From assembly GCA_039621445.1 (NCBI GenBank), contig CP154954.1, positions 30,074,395 to 30,138,394 of the forward strand: 64,000 nt of DNA. The letters are read 5' to 3'. Positions 9,973-21,494 of this stretch are shown here, one piece after another. Source of the DNA: Euglena gracilis (lineage: Eukaryota). The translations under genes were made by a program, and so were the position numbers. The notes below the pieces were generated by a model, which saw nothing but the letters and a program-made list of their open reading frames with translations, was not told the origin of the DNA and did no database searches. The first letter of the stretch is position 1, and the number at the start of each line of letters is the position of its first letter.

Positions 9973-10414
9973 AAAAAGTTTCTCCCAGAAACTTCAACCC
10001 TTCACCGACCAAAGGGAGGCGGGGTCCGGAAACCCATACCATCGATACTCCTCACTCCCTCACCAACCGGCAAAAGGGGAAAAAAATTTTTTTTTTTTTG
10101 TTGACCGGCCTCACCCGTCGGCCAACACTCCAAACCCTTGCCACCCTTCACCCAGGTCACCCGTTCGCCTCGGCCTCACCCAACGAAGCCCGGGCGAAAA
10201 CCAGGGTACTCTTCAAGTATCCGGTCAGCAGCAGCAGCCCGGTCCGCGGCGGCCGCTCGGTCTACGGCCGCGGCTCTGTCCACGGCGGCCGGCCGGTCCA
10301 CCTCCTCCACCAATAGGTGGCACCGCTTGCACACGATCCAGGTTATACACCTGCCACCAACACGGCAAGGATGGATTTGCCGGGGCTCGGGGCGCATTTC
10401 CCCATCGAGGAAAC

Positions 10415-10800
10415 GCCCCCCCCCCCCGGGGCACTCAGGGGCATACACCGTGCCCCCCCCTTCCCCGGAGGTGAAAAATGTGTTCCCCCCAGGGGTGAAA
10501 ATCCTGCCTCCCCCCCCCTCCTCGGGGGCACGGGGGCAAACTCCCCCCCAAGGGGCGAAAATTCTGCCCCCCCTCCCCCGGGGGCACATTTCCCCCCGGA
10601 GACAAAAATCCTGCCCCCCCCCGGGGGCACATTTCCCCCCAGAGACAAAAATCCTGCCCCCCCCCCATCAGGGGGCGCAGGGGCATGCTCTCCCAAGGGG
10701 CGAAAATCCTACCCCCCCCCTTCAGGGGGCATAGGGGTACATTTCCCCCCGGGGCCAAAAATCCTGCCCCCCCCCCAGGGGGCTCCGGAGTTTTTTTTTT
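10415..10800. repeat. GC-homopolymer tandem repeat (aaaatcctgccccccc units) in the gypsy 3' region
   Basis: About six imperfect units. Confidence 0.75.
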
Positions 10801-10845
10801 TCTTTTTGAAGGGGGCAAATGATCATGACCCCCCCCCCCGGGGGA

Positions 10846-11680
10846 TCACTCCTCCACCTCGGGGGAATTGGACGGGAAATCATGGGTTCGGGCAACTGAT
10901 TCGAACACTTGGGGGATGTCCAAAACCAGTCCCTTCTCTTGGCAATACGCGAGCCAGGGGTCGGGACAGCCACGCAGAAAACTGTCCGATGGCTCCCATG
11001 CCTCAAAAACTTGCCCCCCGGTTGTCCACCGAGTCAAAAACTCAAACCCGTGGACCGGGTGAGGGCGATGGTCCAACACCCGATCGACCACGGGCACCAC
11101 CAGCCGTTGGTCGACAGGATTGGAACCACGGAACACAAGCGGGTATGACTCTCCTAAATCCATGTCCCACAGGCAAGGCTTGAGTTGGTCCCTATGAACA
11201 TCATACAACACGCTTTGTTCCGTACGGACCTGATAACTCGCCGCCCCCACCCGTTGCACCACCTGGAAAGGGCCCCTCCACCACCTCTCAATTTTTCGTC
11301 CTCCCACCTTCTTGGGATACAACAACCAAACCCAAGACCCATCCTCGAATAGGGCCTTCGGTTTCCTCTTGTTGTTGACCCGATCCTGAATTTTTTGGTG
11401 TGCTTCATGCAGGGCACCCGCCACCTTCCGATCGACGGCCTCCATGCGACCCAAAAAATTACCCACCTCCTCACACTCCCGCACCGGTTGCCAAGGGATC
11501 CCCGCCAGGCTCCTCTCCCGACCAAAAACCAACTCGTAGGGGGTGACACCGAAATCCCCCACCGCGTCATGCTGCCACCTCAAGGCCCGTGGGAGGGCCT
11601 CGACCCAATTTATCCCCTCCGCACAATGCATTTTGCGCAATGCGAGTTGCAAAATGCGACCGCACACTTCGGCCCTTCCT
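10846..11680 (-). CDS. Gypsy integrase C-terminal part plus chromodomain (5'-truncated)
   Basis: GRAE...NWVEALPRAL...TPYELVFGR...WRGPFQV...VHRDQLKP, then VDRVLDHR...EFLTRW...AWEP. Homology starts abruptly near 11680. Confidence 0.9.
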
Positions 11681-14594
11681 TTTGGTGGGGGATTTGCTCT
11701 CGGGTCTCCGTTGAGAAGGTGCCTGCACCACGACTGCTTTGGTCTCCAACGGTTTGGGGTTCGCCCTTGCGTCCCCCGGATGGGTCTCCAAACCAAATGC
11801 CCGGCGGGTGATTTCCAGCTCCTCTTCCGTCCGAAGACGGGCAGCCACAAATTCAAAAATGTCATCACTCGACAATTCATACTCGTGTCGAGTGAAGTTC
11901 ACCCTGGCCCCATCCATGGTTGCCCCGTGCCACGCCAAGAGCTTTTCCCGCCAAGCCTCAGTGGGAGTCTCGATCACGTATCCTGACGAACATTCGTGCA
12001 CCGGTGGCAGTGATTCCCCAAGGTGGGCTTGAATTTCTGCCAAAACAGCTGGCCCGTTCACCCTCGTTGGAAACGTGACCCTGATCCACGGACGGCTGAC
12101 CCGCCGTCTTGCGGTCTCCCGCATGAGATCTTCCTGGAGTGAAGGCGACATTTGTGTGAACAACATTTTTCGCTCCTCACCGGCGCTACGTTCTGGAACT
12201 TCCTCCCTTGATAATTTGAATTCTGCCTCGTACCTGCGCCAGTCTTGTAAAGTCGCCCCCCCCCTTGGGTCCTGTCCTGCTCAACCTCACGCTTTCCCAA
12301 CTCTGCCTGTGCTGCTTCAAGGAATCAATCCCGAATTCCCTCCGGAGTTCTTGGCGGAAACCCGCCAACGTGAGACCCGCATCCTGCTTCATGCGCAATC
12401 TCAACTTTGCCTGAGTTGCCTCATCGAGGCAACTTTTGAACTCCTGCAACAACACGAAATCTGATGGGGGAAGTGGAGAAGTCTCGGCAACAACCCGCTC
12501 GAGCTCCTCCCATTCCCCCTCAAACTTGGCAAAATCTTTGGCCAACCCTGAAAACCGCGGACGCGGCATCCGCCGCCACACATCTGAATTGATGGGATGG
12601 GTCTGAAAAAATGGGAATTGGTTCGCTGGGGCTGCCCCCGTCACACCCACCCGTGCCGTACGCCCAGGGTCATCATGCTGGCTGCATTGATTTGCATGGG
12701 ACCCCACAAAACTGGAATTTTCAGCGTAATTCCCGGGGGGTGCACCACCAGACCAAGCACAGAATCCTCGACCCCCAGCACCTGGCAGAATGAGTTTGGG
12801 TCGGGCGATCTCACTCTCTCCGTCCGAAACATGGCTGCCAATCACAGAGGGAGGGGGTAACAACCTCCTACCCCCCCGCAGAAACTCCTGGCCCACTGGG
12901 GGGACAGAATTCACGGTTGGCAGATCCCTGCGCGGAATCCCCACAGACGCTGTTTGCCCCAAAGCAACCTCCCTTTCCTGTCGGAATCTCTGGGCCATTT
13001 CATCCACATAGCCCTGAGTTCGCAGGTCCACAGCCTGGCGAGCTGCCTCCCCAGGATCCGCCTCCCCAACCCCCAGGGGAGTCGGTTCCCTCACTGCCCC
13101 TCCTGGGGAGATCGACTCAACGATCCCCCCCATTGGACTTGGCTGGGCAAATCCCCTTTGGGTCCCGAGCGGGGACTCCCCCCCAAACCCCACTGGCTGC
13201 ATCACTGGGGGCGGCTGACGAATCGCAGGCACACCGCTCGCTTGAGCCTGCAGGTTGGGCTGGGCGGTGACGGGGGTCCTCGTCTCCCCAACTGTCATCA
13301 TTCCGCCCACGTTTCCGCACCTCCCAGCTCCTGCGACAGGGACTGAGGGAAGGCGGCTTTGCAGATGCGCATCGACTTGGGCATGCACATCCCGTAACCA
13401 CCCTTCCACTCGCTCCCGGATCTGCCCACTCTCCACGGCAAGCAGATTTTGCAGAATTTCTCTCTGCCCATCTGCTGCTGGCTGTGCGTGCACCCACCCC
13501 TGCAGCTGCTGAACCTCGGATCTGATTTCGGCCAATGCTGGGGTCAACCCCCCCTGGTCCTCCCCCCCTCTTGGCCGAGACCGAACCCACTCTTCCAAAG
13601 CCTGCACTCGCTTTTCCACTGCGTTGCTGAGTCCGCTCTGGGCCTCCCTTAACTCAGCACAAATCGAACTGACCTGTTGAAATTGTGCGGAAAATCTGGC
13701 AAACATGGCTTCCTTTTCTGCCTCAAATTCTGCCCGCATTTGGCCTTCGGCCAAACGGTGCCCCTCCAAAATGGCAGCGATTTTCCTCTCGTGCCCAGCC
13801 TCACTCGCTGCCAATTCTGCCTGATGTCGTGCGCATACGCTGGCCAATTGCTGCGTGAAATCGGCGCGCTGGCTGCCCACCCCCTGTAGTTTGCCATCAA
13901 TTTCACTGTGAATCCTAGCAATTTCTGAAATAACGTCGTTTCGCAAATTGTGAATCTGGTTGCCCAACCCCTCGCTGGCCGCACGTAAAAATTGCAGCCC
14001 CTGCCCCGTTTGCCCCTCCACTGCCTGCATCGCCGACAATCCCTGAGACACCTCCAGGGAGTGGCTGGCTTGCGCCTCTGCCTGTTGCCATAAAGCCTCC
14101 ACGGACTGCCCCAACATATGCAAGAATGGCATCATGGCCCCCACCTGATCTTGCATAGTCCCATAATTTTGCTCCAATTGCAAAATCCTGGGGCCAATGA
14201 TTTGCACCGCCCCCCTCGCCACCATCACAGCAGCTCTGGCTGCTGCTGCATGGGTGATCCATTCAATGCCCGACCCTGTCCAAGACCCGTCCCACTCGGG
14301 GGGATCTCGTGGGTTTCCCAAACCCCCCATGGGTCCACAGGACTGGGCCACTGACACTGAATTACTGGGCACAACCAACACACCACCAGGGGGGGGTTGG
14401 GTCTCCTCATCGACATCCACTGGGTCCCCCCTGCTGGCAGTGATCATACCTATGCTTTTCACCGGGTTCCAACCAAAAAAACTGACTGGGACTGCTGGCT
14501 CGTCATCAATTCCGTAGAGAAATTGCAGCCGGATCACTGCCAATTCAGCGGGATCTGGCTCCCAGTCATCATCATAACCATGGGCATTCATCAC
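11680..14594 (-). CDS. Gag-like protein (ORFs 12186-14594 and 11567-12166, one frameshift)
   Basis: Long ORF in the gag position with a coiled-coil region and a capsid-like segment (RPRFSGLAKDFAKFEGEWEE). Confidence 0.65.
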
Positions 14595-15869
14595 GGCAAT
14601 TTATGGGCTCCTCTGACCCAAAAACTGCTGGCTGGTTGACTGGGCTGGCTGTTGCATCATGGGCTGGGCTGGCTCTTGCATCATGGGCTGGGCTGGCTCC
14701 GTGATGGGCTGGGCTGGCTCTTGCATCATGGGCTGGGCTGGCCCCATGATGGGCTGCGCTCACTCTAGAAACATGGGCTGGGCTGACCCCATGATGGGCT
14801 GGGCTGGCTCTTGCATCATGGGCTGGGCTGGCTCCATAATGGGCTGGGTTGGCTCTTGCATGACGGGCTGGACTGACTCCATGATGGGCTGGGCTGACTC
14901 TTGCATCATGGGCTGGGCTGGCCCCATGATGGGCTGGGCTGGGTCTTGCATCATGGGCTGGGCTGACTCCATGATGGGCTGGGCTGGCTCTCGCATCATG
15001 GGCTGGGCTGGCCCCATGATGGCCTGGGCTGGCTCTTGCATCATGGGCTGGGCTGGCCCCATGATGGCCTGGGCTGGGTCTTGCATCATGGGCTGGGCTG
15101 ACTCCATGATGGGCTGGGCTGGCTCTCGCATCATGGGCTGGGCTGGCCCCATGATGGCCTGGGCTGGCTCTCGCATCATGGGCTGGGCTGGCCCCATGAT
15201 GGGCTGGGCTGGCTCTTGCATCATGGGCTGGGCTGGCCCCATGATGGGCTGGGCTGGCTCTCGCATCATGGGCTGGGCTGGCCCCATGATGGGCTGGGCT
15301 GGCTCTTGCATCATGGGCTGGGCTGGTTCTTGCATCATGAGCTGGGCTGGCTGCATGATGTGCTGGGCTGGCTCGGCTGGCTCTTGCATCACGGGCTGGG
15401 CTGGCTCTTGCATCATTGACTGGGCTGGCTCCATGATGGGCTGGGCTGGCTGGGCTGGCCCTGGCACTGCAATTTCTGGGCTCCTCTGACTCAAAAACTG
15501 CTGGCTGGTTGACTGGGCCGGCTCCTGCATGATGGGCTGGGCTGGCCCGTACATGATTGGCTGGGACACTGCAATTTCTGGGCTCCTCTGACCCAAAAAC
15601 TGCTGGCCAATTGACTGGGTCGGCCCCTGCATGATGGGCTGGGCTGGCCCGTGCGTAATTGGCTGGGGCACTGCAATTTCTGGGCTTCTCTGACCCAAAA
15701 ACTGCTGGCCGGTTGACTGGGCTGGTCCTGCGTTTGGCTGGTGCTGGGCTGGCCCCCCGACTGCTGGCTGGGGCTGGGCTGCCCCCTCGACGGCTGGCTG
15801 TGGCTGGGCTGGCCCTGCGTTTAGCAATGCAATTCCCAATTGAAATTGCAAACGGGCTTCAACTCCCAA
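14595..15869 (-). repeat. Coding-like tandem repeat (21/24-bp units, PAQP(I/M)M(G/QE))
   Basis: Dozens of gggctgggctggc...catcat units. The 369-aa ORF 14760-15869 reads through them. Confidence 0.9.
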
Positions 15870-16586
15870 ACTCTCGTGGGAAAAAAACTTGCTGACTCAT
15901 TTCTGCTGGCTGTGGCTGGCACTGAGCTGGCGTTGGGCTGGGCTGTGCAATTCCACTCATAAATTGCGACTCAGCCCCCCTAATTTCCAGACCCCCTGGG
16001 ACTGAAAATTGTTGAACACCAGCGTCACACCTTGCCACTTCGTCGTCTTGCTTGCTGGGCTTCTGGTCCCGTCGGCCTTCCTCGTTCAATTGATAATATT
16101 TCGGTCCGCTGCCAATTGAACTTGTGGCCTCCAGGCCAGGGCTTCGGTCCTCGAGGCCCTCTCGCAGCACCTGAGGTATAGACGCCTGCAAAAAACTAGA
16201 ATTCTTTTCAGATTGGTTGGGGGGCAACAGAAAACTTTCATGGTGACCCAGAATGTTGTGATCAGCAAAAAACACCTGGGGTTCCGTCTGGAAACCCCCT
16301 TGGATCTCCCTGAATTGCAATGTCGGCGACATTACAAACCAACACCACCCGGCTGCTGTCTTCAAACCCATCATCGCAACCATCACCGCAACCGGTTCCA
16401 GAATTGTTGGTGTCTGAAAATTTGTCTTTGCGAAACTCAGGGCAAAACAAATACAGACAAAATCACTCACTGACAATCCAACCTGAAAACTGATTGCAGC
16501 TTTCGCCCCTCTGATTACCATGTTTACGCTGGGAAACATGGAATTTGAAACAGCTGAAAAACACCAAACAGCAACCGCAGCACAAA

Positions 16587-16598
16587 CCTCTGCGACCA
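16587..16598 (-). promoter_or_regulatory. Primer-binding site (tRNA-iMet-like)
   Basis: TGGTCGCAGAGG directly abuts the 5' LTR. TGG pairs with the tRNA CCA end. It is one mismatch from the animal iMet PBS TGGTAGCAGAGG. Confidence 0.75.
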
Positions 16599-17920
16599 TG
16601 TTAACGCGGGACGCCCACCCCGTGTCCGCCCCCCCGAGGGGGAACCCGGGATGGGCCTCCGGCGGCGTAGGATCTTTATTCCCCACCTCAGTTTCAGGAG
16701 ATCCAACATAGACTCGATTCCCTTCGGGCTTCATGCATACCCCCCCTTGCATATCCCCAAACATACCTGGGTCACTATCCTTTGCACCCTCGCCCTTTCT
16801 CGGTCTTGGGCCGCTTGCCACTCCCTTGCTTGTGCAACGTAAGGGGGCGGGGCCCCATACCCCCCCCTTCCCCGGCTCCAACCCTTGCCTCTCCACATCT
16901 GAAAAAGAGGACATTTTCAGTAAAATTTTCAGTAAAATTGACTGAAAATCCTTGCGCTTTCCAAATTCTATATCCCCTTTTTTCCTTTGTAAAAAATTAG
17001 GCACAATACCTTGGGGGAGGGGACGGACGAAAGGTTCAAGGTTCGAGGTGGTGTTCGGTCTTCCCCTTAGGCAAACTTCAACTTCCGCTTTGTCGATTGT
17101 CTTGTCTTGACCAATGACAATGACTTTGACCAATGACAATGAATCAAACTCGCAGCCAATAATGAATCAAACTCAGCCAATGGTGAATCAAACTCAGCCA
17201 AATAGATAAACAAAAACAATGGTAAATGGGAAACCCACTGTGGGAAAGAAATCAAAGGAACACCACTTGCCATCAATGGGGGGAAAAAATCCTTTTTTTC
17301 TCCAACCACCTTCCAATCCATGGGGAGATGCCCAATGCACTTCTGCCACTCTCCCCCCTCTCCAAATGCATTCCTTCACCTTCCTACATTTGGACCTTGG
17401 AATTGGAAGTCAAAATTAAGGATACCCCACTGGTTAGGAAAGGAGCCCATCCAGACGCGCTTCGCATCCCCTAGGGCCTTCTCCCTTCCCAACCTTCCCC
17501 CCACCACCCCCCACGTTCTCTTCCATCCCCTACGAACTCAATGAATCCATCCACACACACTATGGGCAACAACATGACATCTGCCTCCCTCATCCTCACC
17601 CAAGGGATAATCCCACACACTTCACGCCATTAGGGCTTGGGGGCAACAAGGGCCTCCTCCCAGGCCTTCATGGACTCCACCCGTGCCCCCCCCCCCGGAC
17701 GCCCTTCCCTCAGGCGCTCGACGGGAACAACTCCTGGTGATCCAACCCACATTCACGCCAGGCAAACCTTCCCTTGGCATACAACCCAACAGGTCAAGCT
17801 GTCCAGGGGAAGAACAACAACAAAAACATACCACAGTACGCAAAGCGTCGCCGGCGAGTATCTTTCCCCATCAATGGGGCCGCACTCCGGGCGCATGTGG
17901 GTTTCTCGGACCCCCCAACA
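16599..17920 (-). repeat. 5' LTR, uninterrupted (1322 bp)
   Basis: Reads tgttaacgcggg...ggaccccccaaca. Contains three tandem aatgaatcaaactc(a/g) units. Confidence 0.95.
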
Positions 17921-19070
17921 AGGGCGGCAAAAATTGACCCAAAGGGGCAGAATTTCCAGCACTGCTTTGGGCCAAACGCAACGCCCTAAATTTTCATGTA
18001 AGTGATGAAGACGTTTCTCGGGATCTCGGGAAAAGAACGAGCGTTCAGGGGTTTATTTATCTGTGAGACATTTTGCTGGTAGCCCCCACCCAAAACATTT
18101 GCAACATCACCTGAACACAGTCGTCAGAGATCTTACTAAAATCAGGGTTCAAAATCAATGTGAAAAGTCCACCCTGCAGCCCACCCAAATGGCAAACCAT
18201 CTGGGTTTTCCACTGAACTTCCAAGAAGGAAAGTTAAAGGTGCCCCCTAGAAAGTCAGAACCATAAAAAAGGAGCTGGGAAAAATTGTAAAACATTTTGT
18301 GTCAAATAAAGTGCAATCAAATGTCCCTGCCGCTTTTAAAGCTTTTTACGGATGCCCTGGCAAATTTTCTGGTGGCAAAATACACAGCCACCTGGGACTC
18401 AAAACACCCCATTTCTCAGGAAATCAAGGCCCAATTGTGGGGGGACATACCCTTCCCCCAAAATGCAACCAGAGAATTTCACTCAGACAGCAGCACCCCC
18501 TGGGGCTGGACATCCACACAGGAGAAATTGTGCGGGAATTTCGGAGAAAAGACTCCATATTTTGCACATGAATGCAAAAGAGCTTGGAGCACCAAATAAA
18601 CCTCCAGGTCAACTTGGTACCTTCAAAAGAACGCCTGGCAGACCCCATGAGCAGATGGGAAATGGACAGGGGGGATTACTCTTTAGACCCCCAACATTTT
18701 TCTTCCTTTAGACCCCCAACTTTTTCAATGCTAAGGGAGCATTTGAAAAAATTCATGCAGTTGGAGCAGACATATTTGCCTCCCCAGGCAACAAAAAACT
18801 GCCCAGTTTTGTGGATATGTGGCCCCACTGGGAGGCCACAGCCACAGCAGTGAACGCGTTACAATGTCCACTGGACAACATGGGCGATCTTTATGCAAAC
18901 CCCCCGGTCAATTATTCAATAATTTCCCCCCAGGTTGAAAAATTTTCCCCAGACCAAAATTCTGAAGGGCACCCCTAACTGGGATTCAGCCACTTGGTGG
19001 CCCCAATTAATGAAAATGAAAGTTCCAAAGACTCCTCAGAAGGAATTATTTGGCCCATGTCGCACAGTCG
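17921..19070 (+). pseudogene. Right piece of the decayed DIRS RT-RNaseH-MT
   Basis: Colinear with 5887-7180 with many indels: FTDALANFLVAK, LADPMSRWEMDRGDYSLDP, DIFASPGNKKLP, LYANPP, ATWWPQL. Confidence 0.92.
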
Positions 19071-19168
19071 AGAAAGTTTGTCATTTGCACTCCCGTTCTT
19101 TGCAAAAAAAAGAGGCACGCAACAGCAATCCGTGGTAGCAGATTCACATCAATCAGAATCACATTTTG

Positions 19169-21425
19169 TTATACACTCCGCTCCCACGGCTCTTTGTATT
19201 CCAATCACGTGCAGAACCCGAAAGTCCCCACATGGCCTATGCTTTCATACAATGAGCTCTGTTCTTTTGATTTACCACCATAAATAAAAGTTTCTCATCC
19301 AATGCATATTTGTGGCCAAATAAGAAATACTTTTCTCACGGGTGTGGCAAATGCAAAAAGGAGTCGAGGGCTGCAAAAAAAGGAATCGAGCATATAATTT
19401 TTGCAAGAGGGAAGAACATCTGCGATGCTGGGTTGGGAAAAAAAACTGGTGAGAATGCGTGTATTCTTCTCCTTGGGACAAAAGAAGCGACATTGCATAC
19501 CAAATAACAGAATAAAAAATTTGATGGTGAAATGTGCGCAAATTTCTATGGCAAAACGAGCATTGGTATCGCATTCTGCTGGGGGGGGGGGGGCTTGTCT
19601 CGATCTGTGCGCAGAGCGGCAAAGATCTCCTGCTCGGTGCTGCACGGGATTGGGGGGCCCTCGTGCACGACGTCGACGGCGGCGGCTCACTCCACGCCTC
19701 GCTGTTCCCCAACAACGTCCAGAGACCAACACCTGTCTCACATGCACACTCTCCTCCAACGGGCAATATCTCAGCCAAATGTCACGCACCGAACAGCCAC
19801 CCAGCCGCATCCCCATAATCCGCCCCCCTGGCTCAACATGTCGTTAACCAGTGGAGGTGTGTCCCTTCCCGAAGTGTCCCAGCCGGGATTTAGAGACGCG
19901 CACCACGGGCACCAACGCCTTGTCCGACAGGGAGAGCCCCAGCTTGTGGGGGCAGAGGAGGGCTTGATACAAGGGAAGGGGGGGCTCAGGAACTGCCTTC
20001 GGTCCAGAAGAGGGAGGGGGCAGGGGGACGCCCTTGCCTGCCTGGACAGTGGTGTGGTCCGGGGGGGGGGCTGCTTTCTTTGGCAGGTGCGAAGCGTTCT
20101 CCGAAAAATCTTTGGCAGCTTAAATCGGCCCAAGGTGCCATTTTGGGGATCTTTTTGAGCCAAAATTTTTGTCAAATGCAATGTAATTGACAGCCAGACA
20201 CCTGTGGGACCCCCCGGGCAGGGTTGTATGGGAATCTCCGAGGGGGGGTGGGTGGGGGACCCCTCCCGAAACTAGGGGGGGGGGGTGGGGGGGACCCCCT
20301 CCTACCTCCAGTTTTCGGTCGCCGAAAATTTCGGCCGCTTTTTGGGATCAAAAGGGCAATTTTTCTGAAATTTCTCAAAAATGATGGGGAAGCAAAAGAA
20401 ATGTCCAATACCAAAATTGAAGCCCTTAAAATTCCCTATCTAACAGTATTTTGATTTCCCGACAACTCCCCACCTGTCCCAATTTATGGTCATTTTTGGC
20501 CATTTTGCCAAAATTTCATGTCGAGCCTCAAAAAAAGTCCTACCCCCCCCTTGTCCAACGACCACTAATGTTCGTCTCCGACCGGGGGGGGGGGGGGGGG
20601 GCGCTAAAATGGCCAATGTTCGTCTCCGACCAGGGGGGGGGGGGTGGTCGTTAGACAAGGGGGGTGGACACCAAATCGGAGGAAAATGTACCATAGATAG
20701 GGGTATATGGCCATTTTTGGGCTGTTTTTGGTCATTTATGCTATTTCTTGACTACGGTTGCCCACTTTTGGCCATTTTTGGACATTTTTGGGGCACTTTT
20801 GGGAATTTTTAGGCATTTTTGACCGCTTTTCGCCATGTTTGGTCGCTTTTGGCCACTTTTGGCAACTGTTGGCCACACTTTGGCCCACTTTGCCCATTTT
20901 TGGCCACTTTGGGCTGTTTTTGGCTACTTTTAGCCATTTTTGCCTTATTTTTGCTTTTTTTAAGCAACTTTTTGGGCACTTTTTGGCCATCCTTTGGCCA
21001 TTTTGGGCCATTTTGGACTATTTTTGACTGTTTTTAGCCAACTTTTAGCAATTTTGGCCGAACCAACATCGCATACAAAAAGATCGTCTCTGACCGGGGG
21101 GGGGGTGGTCGTTAGACAAGCCCGGTCGTTGGACAAGGGGGGGGGGGAGGCAAAATACACTCCCGGCGCGAAGCGCGTAAATTTTTTTTTTGCCCCTGCA
21201 GAGGAGGGGGAGGGGGGTGGGGAGGACCCCCCCTTCCGAAACTAGGGGGCGGGGTGGAGGATCCCCCCCCATACCACCTTACCCCCCTGGGGGGTGACCC
21301 CCCCTACCACCCACCTCATGTCTGCGGAGCTTCCCATACAACCCTGCCCTCGGGTCCCAGCGTATTTTTAACCTGGGGCGGGGGTGCAACTTGTATGGGC
21401 GGGTGTTGGGTCTCGGGTTTCACAC

Positions 21426-21494
<69 letters not shown>

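Larger units (their letters stand above)
4030..17920 (-). mobile_element. Ty3/gypsy (chromovirus-like) LTR retrotransposon, internally deleted, with a DIRS nested in its 3' LTR
   Basis: Two ~1.32-kb direct repeats with TG...CA ends, a 4-bp TSD AGGG (4026-4029 and 17921-17924), PBS, PPT, a gag-like ORF, and an integrase C-terminus with GPF motif and chromodomain. Confidence 0.93.

Noticed and set aside
14659-15489. 276-aa plus-strand ORF (MGWAGS repeats)
   Set aside because: It is the antisense shadow of the tandem repeat.
14595-15500. Regular repeats resembling a CRISPR array
   Set aside because: Units are contiguous with no unique spacers, and there are no cas genes. It is a coding-type minisatellite in a retroelement.
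15859-17139. 426-aa ORF, and its twin 8616-9179
   Set aside because: It starts inside the LTR, crosses the PBS and has no recognisable domain. It is probably incidental.
21428-21493. Long poly-T as a retroposed poly-A tail
   Set aside because: No TSD or associated element could be identified, and homopolymer length may be a sequencing artefact.
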